Shown here piece after piece: positions 1-12,100 of a stretch of 64,000 nt of DNA. This stretch comes from Auanema rhodensis (taxonomy: Eukaryota; Animalia; Nematoda). Where the stretch lies: contig OZ059897.1 of assembly GCA_964057225.1 (NCBI GenBank), positions 22,010,001-22,074,000 of the forward strand. Reading direction: 5' to 3'. The stretch's first letter is position 1. Each line of letters begins with the position of its first letter. Position numbers and translations under genes: made by a program. The notes beneath the pieces are model-generated. The model saw only the letters and a list, made by a program, of their open reading frames with translations. It did not search any database and was not told where the DNA came from.

Positions 1-22
1 GTGAAAGATAAAGAGATGCGGT

Positions 23-106
23 TTTCAAAATTAGATTCCCCATGTCCATATTAGTCTAAAAACAAATTTTTATTGATATTGGTGCATGGTAACCATGACT
101 TTGAAA
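23..106. other. Degenerate 84-bp inverted repeat (fold-back module 1), present in every monomer
   Basis: Three arms share one dyad axis (position sums all 129): TTTCAAA 23-29 / TTTGAAA 100-106; CCATG 40-44 / CATGG 85-89; TAAAAA 57-62 / TTTTTA 67-72, loop CAAA. 24 of 40 in-register pairs are Watson-Crick. Confidence 0.75.
85..97. other. Palindrome CATGGT-A-ACCATG (15 bp, TCATGGTAACCATGA, in monomers with T84)
   Basis: Read directly at 85-97; the T84 allele (e.g. 612-626) adds a T84-A98 pair. Confidence 0.9.
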
Positions 107-107
107 T

Positions 108-148
108 TTACGTGAACTTTAATTTATGCTAATTAAATGTACACGTGA
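108..148. other. 41-bp imperfect hairpin (fold-back module 2), present in every monomer
   Basis: TTTAATT 118-124 / AATTAAA 131-137 (6-nt loop TATGCT), extended after a 1-nt bulge by C117-G139, A116-T140, ACGTG 110-114 / CACGT 142-146 and T108-A148. Confidence 0.75.
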
Positions 149-171
149 TGTGCACTTGGTATGTAACTCGC

Positions 172-181
172 TTCACGTGAA
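172..181. other. Perfect 10-bp palindrome TTCACGTGAA containing a canonical E-box (CACGTG), once per monomer
   Basis: Read directly at 172-181 and every +176. A second CACGTG lies at 142-147 and a TACGTG at 109-114. Protein binding is not demonstrated. Confidence 0.9.
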
Positions 182-3100
182 AGATAAAGAGATGCGGTTT
201 TCAAAATTAGATTCTCCATGTCCATATTATTCTAAAAACAAATTTTTATTGATATTGGTGCATGGTAACCATGACTTTGAAATTTACGTGAACTTTAATT
301 TATGCTAATTAAATGTACACGTGATGTGCACTTGGTATGTAACTCGCTTCACGTGAAAGATAAAGAGATGCGGTTTTCAAAATTAGATTCCCCATGTCCA
401 TATTAGTCTAAAAACAAATTTTTATTGATATTGGTGCATGGTAACCATGACTTTGAAATTTACGTGAACTTTAATTTATGCTAATTAAATGTACACGTGA
501 TGTGCACTTGGTATGTAACTCGCTTCACGTGAAAGATAAAGAGATGCGGTTTTCAAAATTAGATTCCCCATGTCCATATTAGTCTAAAAACAAATTTTTA
601 TTGATATTGGTTCATGGTAACCATGACTTTGAAATTTACGTGAACTTTAATTTATGCTAATTAAATGTACACGTGATGTGCACTTGGTATGTAACTCGCT
701 TCACGTGAAAGATAAAGAGATGCGGTTTTCAAAATTAGATCCTTCATGTCCATATTAGTCTAAAAACAAATTTTTATTGATATTGGTGCATGGTAACCAT
801 GACTTTGAAATTTACGTGAACTTTAATTTATGCTAATTAAATGTACACGTGATGTGCACTTGGTATGTAACTCGCTTCACGTGAAAGATAAAGAGATGCG
901 GTTTTCAAAATTAGATTCCCCATGTCCATATTAGTCTAAAAACAAATTTTTATTGATATTGGTTCATGGTAACCATGACTTTGAAATTTACGTGAACTTT
1001 AATTTATGCTAATTAAATGTACACGTGATGTGCACTTGGTAAGTAACTCGCTTCACGTGAAAGATAAAGAGATGCGGTTTTCAAAATTAGATTCCCCATG
1101 TCCATATTAGTCTAAAAACAAATTTTTATTGATATTGGTGCATGGTAACCATGACTTTGAAATTTACGTGAACTTTAATTTATGCTAATTAAATGTACAC
1201 GTGATGTGCACTTGGTATGTAACTCGCTTCACGTGAAAGATAAAGAGATGCGGTTTTCAAAATTAGATTCCCCATGTCCATATTAGTCTAAAAACAAATT
1301 TTTATTGATATTGGTTCATGGTAACCATGACTTTGAAATTTACGTGAACTTTAATTTATGCTAATTAAATGTACACGTGATGTGCACTTGGTATGTAACT
1401 CGCTTCACGTAAAAGATAAAAAGATGCGGTTTTCAAAATTAGATTCCCCATGTCCATATTAGTCTAAAAACAAATTTTTATTGATATTGGTGCATGGTAA
1501 CCATGACTTTGAATTTTACGTGAACTTTAATTTATGCTAATTAAATGTACACGTGATGTGCACTTGGTATGTAACTCGCTTCACGTGAAAGATAAAGAGA
1601 TGCGGTTTTCAAAATTAGATTCCCCATGTCCATATTAGTCTAAAAACAAATTTTTATTGATATTGGTTCATGGTAACCATGACTTTGAAATTTACGTGAA
1701 CTTTAATTTATGCTAATTAAATGTACACGTGATGTGCACTTGGTATGTAACTCGCTTCACGTGAAAGATAAAGAGAAGCGGTTCTCAAAATTAGATTCCC
1801 CATGTCCATATTAGTCTAAAAACAAATTTTTATTGATATTGCTTCATGGTAACCATGACTTTGAAATTTACGTGAACTTTAATTTATGCTAATTAAATGT
1901 ACACGTGATGTGCACTTGGTATGTAACTCGCTTCACGTGAAAGATAAAGAGATGCGGTTTTCAAAATTAGATTCCCCATGTCCATATTAGTCTAAAAACA
2001 AATTTTTATTGATATTGGTTCATGGTAACCATGACTTTGAAATTTACGTGAACTTTAATTTATGCTAATTAAATGTACACGTGATGTGCACTTGGTATGT
2101 AACTCGCTTCACGTGAAAGATAAAGAGATGCGGTTTTCAAAATTAGATTCCCCATGTCCATATTAGTCTAAAAACAAATTTTTATTGATATTGCTTCATG
2201 GTAACCATGACTTTGAAATTTACGTGAACTTTAATTTATGCTAATTAAATGTACACGTGATGTGCACTTGGTATGTAACTCGCTTCACGTGAAAGATAAA
2301 GAGATGCGGTTTTCAAAATTAGATTCCCCATGTCCATATTAGTCTAAAAACAAATTTTTATTGATATTGGTTCATGGTAACCATGACTTTGAAATTTACG
2401 TGAACTTTAATTTATGCTAATTAAATGTACACGTGATGTGCACTTGGTATGTAACTCGCTTCACGTGAAAGATAAAGAGATGCGGTTTTCAAAATTAGAT
2501 TCCCCATGTCCATATTAGTCTAAAAACAAATTTCTATTGATATTGCTTCATGGTAACCATGACTTTGAAATTTACGTGAACTTTAATTTATGCTAATTAA
2601 ATGTACACGTGATGTGCACTTGGTATGTAACTCGCTTCACGTGAAAGATAAAGAGATGCGGTTTTCAAAATTAGATTCCCCATGTCCATATTAGTCTAAA
2701 AACAAATTTTTATTGATATTGGTGCATGGTAACCATGACTTTGAAATTTACGTGAACTTTAATTTATGCTAATTAAATGTACACGTGATGTGCACTTGGT
2801 ATGTAACTCGCTTCACGTGAAAGATAAAGAGATGCGGTTTTCAAAATTAGATTCCCCATGTCCATATTAGTCTAAAAACAAATTTTTATTGATATTGGTG
2901 CATGGTAACCATGACTTTGAAATTTACGTGAACTTTAATTTATGCTAATTAAATGTACACGTGATGTGCACTTGGTATGTAACTCGCTTCACGTGAAAGA
3001 TAAAGAGATGCGGTTTTCAAAATTAGATTCCCCATGTCCATATTAGTCTAAAAACAAATTTGTATTGATATTGGTTCATGGTAACCATGACTTTGAAATT

Positions 3101-6100
3101 TACGTGAACTTTAATTTATGCTAATTAAATGTACACGTGATTTGCACTTGGTATGTAACTCGCTTCACGTGAAAGATAAAAAGATGCGGTTTTCAAAATT
3201 AGATTCCCCATGTCCATATTAGTCTAAAAACAAATTTGTATTGATATTGGTTCATGGTAACCATGACTTTGAAATTTACGTGAACTTTAATTTATGCTAA
3301 TTAAATGTACACGTGATTTGCACTTGGTATGTAACTCGCTTCACGTGAAAGATGAAGAGATGCTGTTTTCAAAATTAGATTCCCCATGTCCATATTAGTC
3401 TAAAAACAAAATTTTATTGATATTGGTGCATGGTAACCATGACTTTGAAATTTACGTGAACTTTAATTCATGCTAATTAAATGTACACGTGATGTGCACT
3501 TGGTATGTAACTCGCTTCACGTGAAGGATAAAGAGATGCGGTTTTCAAAATTAGATTCCCCATGTCCATATTAGTCTAAAAACAAATTTTCATTGATATT
3601 GGTGCATGGTAACCATGACTTTGAAATTTACGTGAACTTTAATTTATGCTAATTAAATGTACACGTGATGTGCACTTGGTATGTAACTCGCTTCACGTGA
3701 AAGATAAAGAGATGCGGTTTTCAAAATTAGATTCTCCATGTCCATATTAGTCTAAAAACAAATTTTGATTGATATTGGTTCATGGTAACCATGACTTTGA
3801 AATTTACGTGAACTTTAATTTATGCTAATTAAATGTACACGTGATGTGCACTTGGTATGTAACTCGCTTCACGTGAAAGATAAAGAGATGCGGTTTTCAA
3901 AATTAGATTCCCCATGTCCATATTAGTCTAAAAACAAATTTTTATTGATATTGCTTCATGGTAACCATGACTTTGAAATTTACGTGAACTTTAATTTATG
4001 CTAATTAAATGTACACGTGATGTGCACTTGGTATGTAACTCGCTTCACGTGAAAGATAAAGAGATGCGGTTTTCAAAATTAGATTCCCCATGTCCATATT
4101 AGTCTAAAAACAAATTTTTATTGATATTGGTGCATGGTAACCATGACTTTGAAATTTACGTGAACTTTAATTTATGCTAATTAAATGTACACGTGATGTG
4201 CACTTGGTATGTAACTCGCTTCACGTGAAAGATAAAGAGATGCGGTTTTCAAAATTAGATTTCCCATGTCCATATTAGTCTAAAAATAAATTTTTATTGA
4301 TATTGGTTCATGGTAACCATGACTTTGAAATTTACGTGAACTTTAATTTATGCTAATTAAATGTACACGTGATGTGCACTTGGTATGTAACTCGCTTCAC
4401 GTGAAAGATAAAGAGATGCGGTTTTCAAAATTAGATTCTCCATGTCCATATTAGTCTAAAAACAAATTTTTATTGATATTGGTTCATGGTAACCATGACT
4501 TTGAAATTTACGTGAACTTTAATTTATGCTAATTAAATGTACACGTGATGTGCACTTGGTATGTAACTCGCTTCACGTGAAAGATAAAGAGATGCGGTTT
4601 TCAAAATTAGATTCCCCATGTCCATATTAGTCTAAAAACAAATTTTTATTGATATTGCTTCATGGTAACCATGACTTTGAAATTTACGTGAACTTTAATT
4701 TATGCTAATTAAATGTACACGTGATGTGCACTTGGTATGTAACTCGCTTCACGTGAAAGATAAAGAGATGCGGTTTTCAAAATTAGATTTCCCATGTCCA
4801 TATTAGTCTAAAAACAAATTTTTATTGATATTGGTTCATGGTAACCATGACTTTGAAATTTACGTGAACTTTAATTTATGCTAATTAAATGTACACGTGA
4901 TGTGCACTTGGTATGTAACTCGCTTCACGTGAAAGATAAAGAGATGCGGTTTTCAAAATTAGATTCCCCATGTCCATATTAGTCTAAAAACAAATTTTTA
5001 TTGATATTGGTGCATGGTAACCATGACTTTGAAATTTACGTGAACTTTAATTTATGCTAATTAAATGTACACGTGATGTGCACTTGGTATGTAACTCGCT
5101 TCACGTGAAAGATAAAGAGATGCGGTTTTCAAAATTAGATTCCCCATGTCCATATTAGTCTAAAAACAAATTTTTATTGATATTGGTTCATGGTAACCAT
5201 GACTTTGAAATTTACGTGAACTTTAATTTATGCTAATTAAATGTACACGTGATGTGCACTTGGTATGTAACTCGCTTCACGTGAAAGATAAAGAGATGCG
5301 GTTTTCAAAATTAGATTCCCCATGTCCATATTAGTCTAAAAACAAATTTTTATTGATATTGGTGCATGGTAACCATGACTTTGAAATTTACGTGAACTTT
5401 AATTTATGCTAATTAAATGTACACGTGATGTGCACTTGGTATGTAACTCGCTTCACGTGAAAGATAAAGAGATGAGGTTTTCAAAATTAGATTCCCCATG
5501 TCCATATTAGTCTAAAAACAAATTTTTATTGATATTGGTGCATGGTAACCATGACTTTGAAATTTACGTGAACTTTAATTTATGCTAATTAAATGTACAC
5601 GTGATGTGCACTTGGTATGTAACTCGCTTCACGTGAAAGATAAAGAGATGCGGTTTTCAAAATTAGATTCCCCATGTCCATATTAGTCTAAAAACAAATT
5701 TTTATTGATATTGGTGCATGGTAACCATGACTTTGAAATTTACGTGAACTTTAATTTATGCTAATTAAATGTACACGTGATGTGCACTTGGTATGTAACT
5801 CGCTTCACGTGAAAGATAAAGAGATGCGGTTTTCAAAATTAGATTCCCCATGTCCATATTAGTCTAAAAACAAATTTTTATTGATATTGGTTCATGGTAA
5901 CCATGACTTTGAAATTTACGTGAACTTTAATTTATGCTAATTAAATGTACACGTGATGTGCACTTGGTATGTAACTCGCTTCACGTGAAAGATAAAGAGA
6001 TGCGGTTTTCAAAATTAGATTCCCCAGGTCCATATTAGTCTAAAAACAAATTTTTATTGATATTGCTTCATGGTAACCATGACTTTGAAATTTACGTGAA

Positions 6101-9100
6101 CTTTAATTTATGCTAATTAAATGTACACGTGATGTGCACTTGGTATGTAACTCGTTTCACGTGAAAGATAAAGAGATGCGGTTTTCAAAATTAGATTCCC
6201 CATGTCCATATTAGTCTAAAAACAAATTTTTATTGATATTGGTGCATGGTAACCATGACTTTGAAATTTACGTGAACTTTAATTTATGCTAATTAAATGT
6301 ACACGTGATGTGCACTTGGTATGTAACTCGCTTCACGTGAAAGATAAAGAGATGAGGTTTTCAAAATTAGATTCCCCATGTCCATATTAGTCTAAAAACA
6401 AATTTTTATTGATATTGGTTCATGGTAACCATGACTTTGAAATTTACGTGAACTTTAATTTATGCTAATTAAATGTACACGTGATGTGCACTTGGTATGT
6501 AACTCGCTTCACGTGAAAGATAAAGAGATGCGGTTTTCAAAATTAGATTCTCCATGTCCATATTAGTCTAAAAACAAATTTTTATTGATATTGGTTCATG
6601 GTAACCATGACTTTGAAATTTACGTGAACTTTAATTTATGCTAATTAAATGTACACGTGATGTGCACTTGGTATGTAACTCGCTTCACGTGAAAGATAAA
6701 GAGATGCGGTTTTCAAAATTAGATTCCCCATGTCCATATTAGTCTAAAAACAAATTTTTATTGATATTGGTTCATGGTAACCATGACTTTGAAATTTACG
6801 TGAACTTTAATTTATGCTAATTAAATGTACACGTGATGTGCACTTGGTATGTAACTCGCTTCACGTGAAAGATAAAGAGATGCGGTATTCAAAATTAGAT
6901 TCCCCAGGTCCATATTAGTCTAAAAACAAATTTTTATTGATATTGGTTCATGGTAACCATGACTTTGAAATTTACGTGAACTTTAATTTATGCTAATTAA
7001 ATGTACACGTGATGTGCACTTGGTATGTAACTCGCTTCACGTGAAAGATAAAGAGATGCGGTTTTCAAAATTAGATTCCCCATGTCCATATTAGTCTAAA
7101 AACAAATTTTTATTGATATTGGTGCATGGTCACCATGACTTTGAAATTTACGTGAACTTTAATTTATGCTAATTAAATGTACACGTGATGTGCACTTGGT
7201 ATGTAACTCGCTTCACGTGAAAGATAAAGAGATGCGGTTTTCAAAATTAGATTCTCCATGTCCATATTAGTCTAAAAACAAATTTTTATTGATATTGGTT
7301 CATGGTAACCATGACTTTGAAATTTACGTGAACTTTAATTTATGCTAATTAAATGTACACGTGATGTGCACTTGGTATGTAACTCGCTTCACGTGAAAGA
7401 TAAAGAGATGCGGTTTTCAAAATTAGATTTCCCATGTCCATATTAGTCTAAAAACAAATTTTTATTGATATTGGTTCATGGTAACCATGACTTTGAAATT
7501 TACGTGAACTTTAATTTATGCTAATTAAATGTACACGTGATGTGCACTTGGTATGTAACTCGCTTCACGTGAAAGATAAAGAGATGCGGTTTTCAAAATT
7601 AGATTCCCCATGTCCATATTAGTCTAAAAACAAATTTTTATTGATATTGGTGCATGGTAACCATGACTTTGAAATTTACGTGAACTTTAATTTATGCTAA
7701 TTAAATGTACACGTGATGTGCACTTGGTATGTAACTCGCTTCACGTGAAAGATAAAGAGATGCGGTTTTCAAAATTAGATTCCCCATGTCCATATTAGTC
7801 TAAAAACAAATTTTTATTGATATTAGTTCATGGTAACCATGACTTTGAAATTTACGTGAACTTTAATTTATGCTAATTAAATGTACACGTGATGTGCACT
7901 TGGTATGTAACTCGCTTCACGTGAAAGATAAAGAGATGCGGTTTTCAAAATTAGATTCCCCATGTCCATATTAGTCTAAAAACAAATTTTTATTGATATT
8001 GGTGCATGGTAACCATGACTTTGAAATTTACGTGAACTTTAATTTATGCTAATTAAATGTACACGTGATGTGCACTTGGTATGTAACTCGCTTCACGTGA
8101 AAGATAAAGAGATGCGGTTTTCAAAATTAGATTCCCCATGTCCATATTAGTCTAAAAACAAATTTTTATTGATATTGGTTCATGGTAACCATGACTTTGA
8201 AATTTACGTGAACTTTAATTTATGCTAATTAAATGTACACGTGATGTGCACTTGGTATGTAACTCGCTTCACGTGAAAGATAAAGAGATGCGGTTTTCAA
8301 AATTAGATTCCCCATGTCCATATTAGTCTAAAAACAAATTTTTATTGATATTGGTTCATGGTAACCATGACTTTGAAATTTACGTGAACTTTAATTTACG
8401 CTAATTAAATGTACACGTGATGTGCACTTGGTATGTAACTCGCTTCACGTGAAAGTTAAAGAGATGCGGTTTTCAAAATTAGATTCCCCATGTCCATATT
8501 AGTCTAAAAACAAATTTTTATTGATATTGGTGCATGGTAACCATGACTTTGAAATTTACGTGAACTTTAATTTATGCTAATTAAATGTACACGTGATGTG
8601 CACTTGGTATGTAACTCGCTTCACGTGAAAGATAAAGAGATGCGGTTTTCAAAATTAGATTCCCCATGTCCATATTAGTCTAAAAACAAATTTTTATTGA
8701 TATTGGTGCATGGTAACCATGACTTTGAATTTTACGTGAACTTTAATTTATGCTAATTAAATGTACACGTGATGTGCACTTGGTATGTAACTCGCTTCAC
8801 GTGAAAGATAAAGAGATGCGGTTTTCAAAATTAGATTCCCCATGTCCTTATTAGTCTAAAAACAAATTTTTATTGATATTGGTTCATGGTAACCATGACT
8901 TTGAAATTTACGTGAACTTTAATTTATGCTAATTAAATGTACACGTGATGTGCACTTGGTATGTAACTCGCTTCACGTGAAAGATAAAGAGATGCGGTTT
9001 TCAAAATTAGATTCCCCATGTCCATATTAGTCTAAAAACAAATTTTTATTGATATTGGTGCATGGTAACCATGACTTTGAAATTTACGTGAACTTTAATT

Positions 9101-12100
9101 TATGCTAATTAAATGTACACGTGATGTGCACTTGGTATGTAACTCGCTTCACGTGAAAGAGAAAGAGATGCGGTTTTCAAAATTAGATTCCCCATGTCCA
9201 TATTAGTCTAAAAACAAATTTTTATTGATATTGGTTCATGGTAACCATGACTTTGAAATTTACGTGAACTTTAATTTATGCTAATTAAATGTACACGTGA
9301 TGTGCACTTGGTATGTAACTCGCTTCACGTGAAAGATAAAGAGATGCGGTTTTCAAAATTAGATTCCCCATGTCCATATTAGTCTAAAAACAAATTTTTA
9401 TTGATATTGGTTCATGGTAACCATGACTTTGAAATTTACGTGAACTTTAATTTACGCTAATTAAATGTACACGTGATGTGCACTTGGTATGTAACTCGCT
9501 TCACGTGAAAGATAAAGAGATGCGGTTTTCAAAATTAGATTCCCCATGTCCATATTAGTCTAAAAACAAATTTTTATTGATATTGGTGCATGGTAACCAT
9601 GACTTTGAAATTTACGTGAACTTTAATTTATGCTAATTAAATGTACACGTGATGTGCACTTGGTATGTAACTCGCTTCACGTGAAAGATAAAGAGATGCG
9701 GTTTTCAAAATTAGATTCCCCATGTCCATATTAGTCTAAAAACAAATTTTTATTGATATTGGTGCATGGTAACCATGACTTTGAAATTTACGTGAACTTT
9801 AATTTATGCTAATTAAATGTACACGTGATGTGCACTTGGTATGTAACTCGCTTCACGTGAAAGATAAAGAGATGCGGTTTTCAAAATTAGATTCCCCATG
9901 TCCATATTAGTCTAAAAACAAATTTTTATTGATATTGGTGCATGGTAACCATGACTTTGAAATTTACGTGAACTTTAATTTATGCTAATTAAATGTACAC
10001 GTGATGTGCACTTGGTATGTAACTCGCTTCACGTGAAAGAGAAAGAGATGCGGTTTTCAAAATTAGATTCCCCATGTGCATATTAGTCTAAAAACAAATT
10101 TTTATTGATATTGGTTCATGGTAACCATGACTTTGAAATTTACGTGAACTTTAATTTATGCTAATTAAATGTACACGTGATGTGCACTTGGTATGTAACT
10201 CGCTTCACGTGAAAGATAAAGAGATGCGGTTTTCAAAATTAGATTCCCCATGTCCATATTAGTCTAAAAACAAATTTTTATTGATATTGGTTCATGGTAA
10301 CCATGACTTTGAAATTTACGTGAACTTTAATTTACGCTAATTAAATGTACACGTGATGTGCACTTGGTATGTAACTCGCTTCACGTGAAAGATAAAGAGA
10401 TGCGGTTTGCAAAATTAGATTCCCCATGTCCATATTAGTCTAAAAACAAATTTTTATTGATATTGGTGCATGGTAACCATGACTTTGAAATTTACGTGAA
10501 CTTTAATTTATGCTAATTAAATGTACACGTGATGTGCACTTGGTATGTAACTCGCTTCACGTGAAAGATAAAGAGATGCGGTTTTCAAAATTAGATTCCC
10601 CATGTCCATATTAGTCTAAAAACAAATTTTTATTGATATTGGTGCATGGTAACCATGACTTTGAAATTTACGTGAACTTTAATTTATGCTAATTAAATGT
10701 ACACGTGATGTGCACTTGGTATGTAACTCGCTTCACGTGAAAGATAAAGAGATGCGGTTTTCAAAATTAGATTCCCCATGTCCATATTAGTCTAAAAACA
10801 AATTTTTATTGATATTGGTTCATGGTAACCATGACTTTGAAATTTACGTGAACTTTAATTTATGCTAATTAAATGTACGCGTGATGTGCACTTGGTATGT
10901 AACTCGCTTCACGTGAAAGATAAAGAGATGCGGTTTTCAAAATTAGATTCCCCATGTCCATATTAGTCTAAAAACAAATTTTTATTGATATTGGTTCATG
11001 GTAACCATGACTTTGAAATTTACGTGAACTTTAATTTATGCTAATTAAATGTACGCGTGATGTGCACTTGGTATGTAACTCGCTTCACGTGAAAGATAAA
11101 GAGATGCGGTTTTCAAAATTAGATTCCCCATGTCCATATTAGTCTAAAAACAAATTTTTATTGATATTGGTGCATGGTAACCATGACTTTGAAATTTACG
11201 TGAACTTTAATTTATGCTAATTAAATGTACACGTGATGTGCACTTGGTATGTAACTCGCTTCACGTGAAAGATAAAGAGATGCGGTTTTCAAAATTAGAT
11301 TCCCCATGTCCATATCAGTCTAAAAACAAATTTTTATTGATATTGGTGCATGGTAACCATGACTTTGAAATTTACGTGAACTTTAATTTATGCTAATTAA
11401 ATGTACACGTGATGTGCACTTGGTATGTAACTCGCTTCACGTGAAAGATAAAGAGATGCGGTTTTCAAAATTAGATTACCCATGTCCATATTAGTCTAAA
11501 AACAAATTTTTATTGATATTGGTGCATGGTAACCATGACTTTGAAATTTACGTGAACTTTAATTTATGCTAATTAAATGTACACGTGATGTGCACTTGGT
11601 ATGTAACTCGCTTCACGTGAAAGATAAAGAGATGCGGTTTTCAAAATTAGATTCCCCATGTCCATATTAGTCTAAAAACAAATTTTTATTGATATTGGTG
11701 CATGGTAACCATGACTTTGAAATTTACGTGAACTTTAATTTATGCTAATTAAATGTACACGTGATGTGCACTTGGTATGTAACTCGCTTCACGTGAAAGA
11801 TAAAGAGATGCGGTTTTCAAAATTAGATTCCCCATGTCCATATTAGTCTAAAAACAAATTTTTATTGATATTGGTTCATGGTAACCATGACTTTGAAATT
11901 TACGTGAACTTTAATTTATGCTAATTAAATGTACACGTGATGTGCACTTGGTATGTAACTCGCTTCACGTGAAAGATAAAGAGATGCGGTTTTCAAAATT
12001 AGATTCCCCATGTCCATATTAGTCTAAAAACAAATTTTTATTGATATTGGTGCATGGTAACCATGACTTTGAAATTTACGTGAACTTTAATTTATGCTAA

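Larger units (their letters stand above)
1..176 (+). repeat. Representative consensus monomer (G-type allele, GGTGC at 81-85)
   Basis: Identical sequence found at e.g. 2641, 5281, 7921 and 10561. The phase is arbitrary, set by the window start. Confidence 0.98.

Noticed and set aside
1-176. Assignment to known similar-length satellites (Brassica CentBr, honeybee AluI, Arabidopsis CEN178, alpha satellite)
   Set aside because: Length similarity only. The consensus has no AAGCTT or AGCT site and does not resemble the consensus sequences as I recall them; a database search is required.
126-308. 60-aa ORF MLIKCTRDV...
   Set aside because: Exists only because G54T in one monomer changes the consensus TAG (52-54) to TAT. 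It is a translation of satellite sequence, nearly all other copies keep the stop, 176 is not a multiple of 3, and I recognise no protein motif.
1-352. Satellite-encoded hammerhead ribozyme (as in newt, schistosome and cricket satellites)
   Set aside because: GAAA and stem-loops are present, but the CUGANGA core is absent on both strands of the consensus (closest is GTGATGT).
1-352. CENP-B box
   Set aside because: No TTCG-N4-A-N2-CGGG on either strand; CGGG/CCCG does not occur in the monomer.
11214-11396. Second 60-aa ORF
   Set aside because: Same frame exactly 63 monomers later; an independent T52C changes TAG to CAG. Two stop-loss singletons among about 363 copies is compatible with chance.
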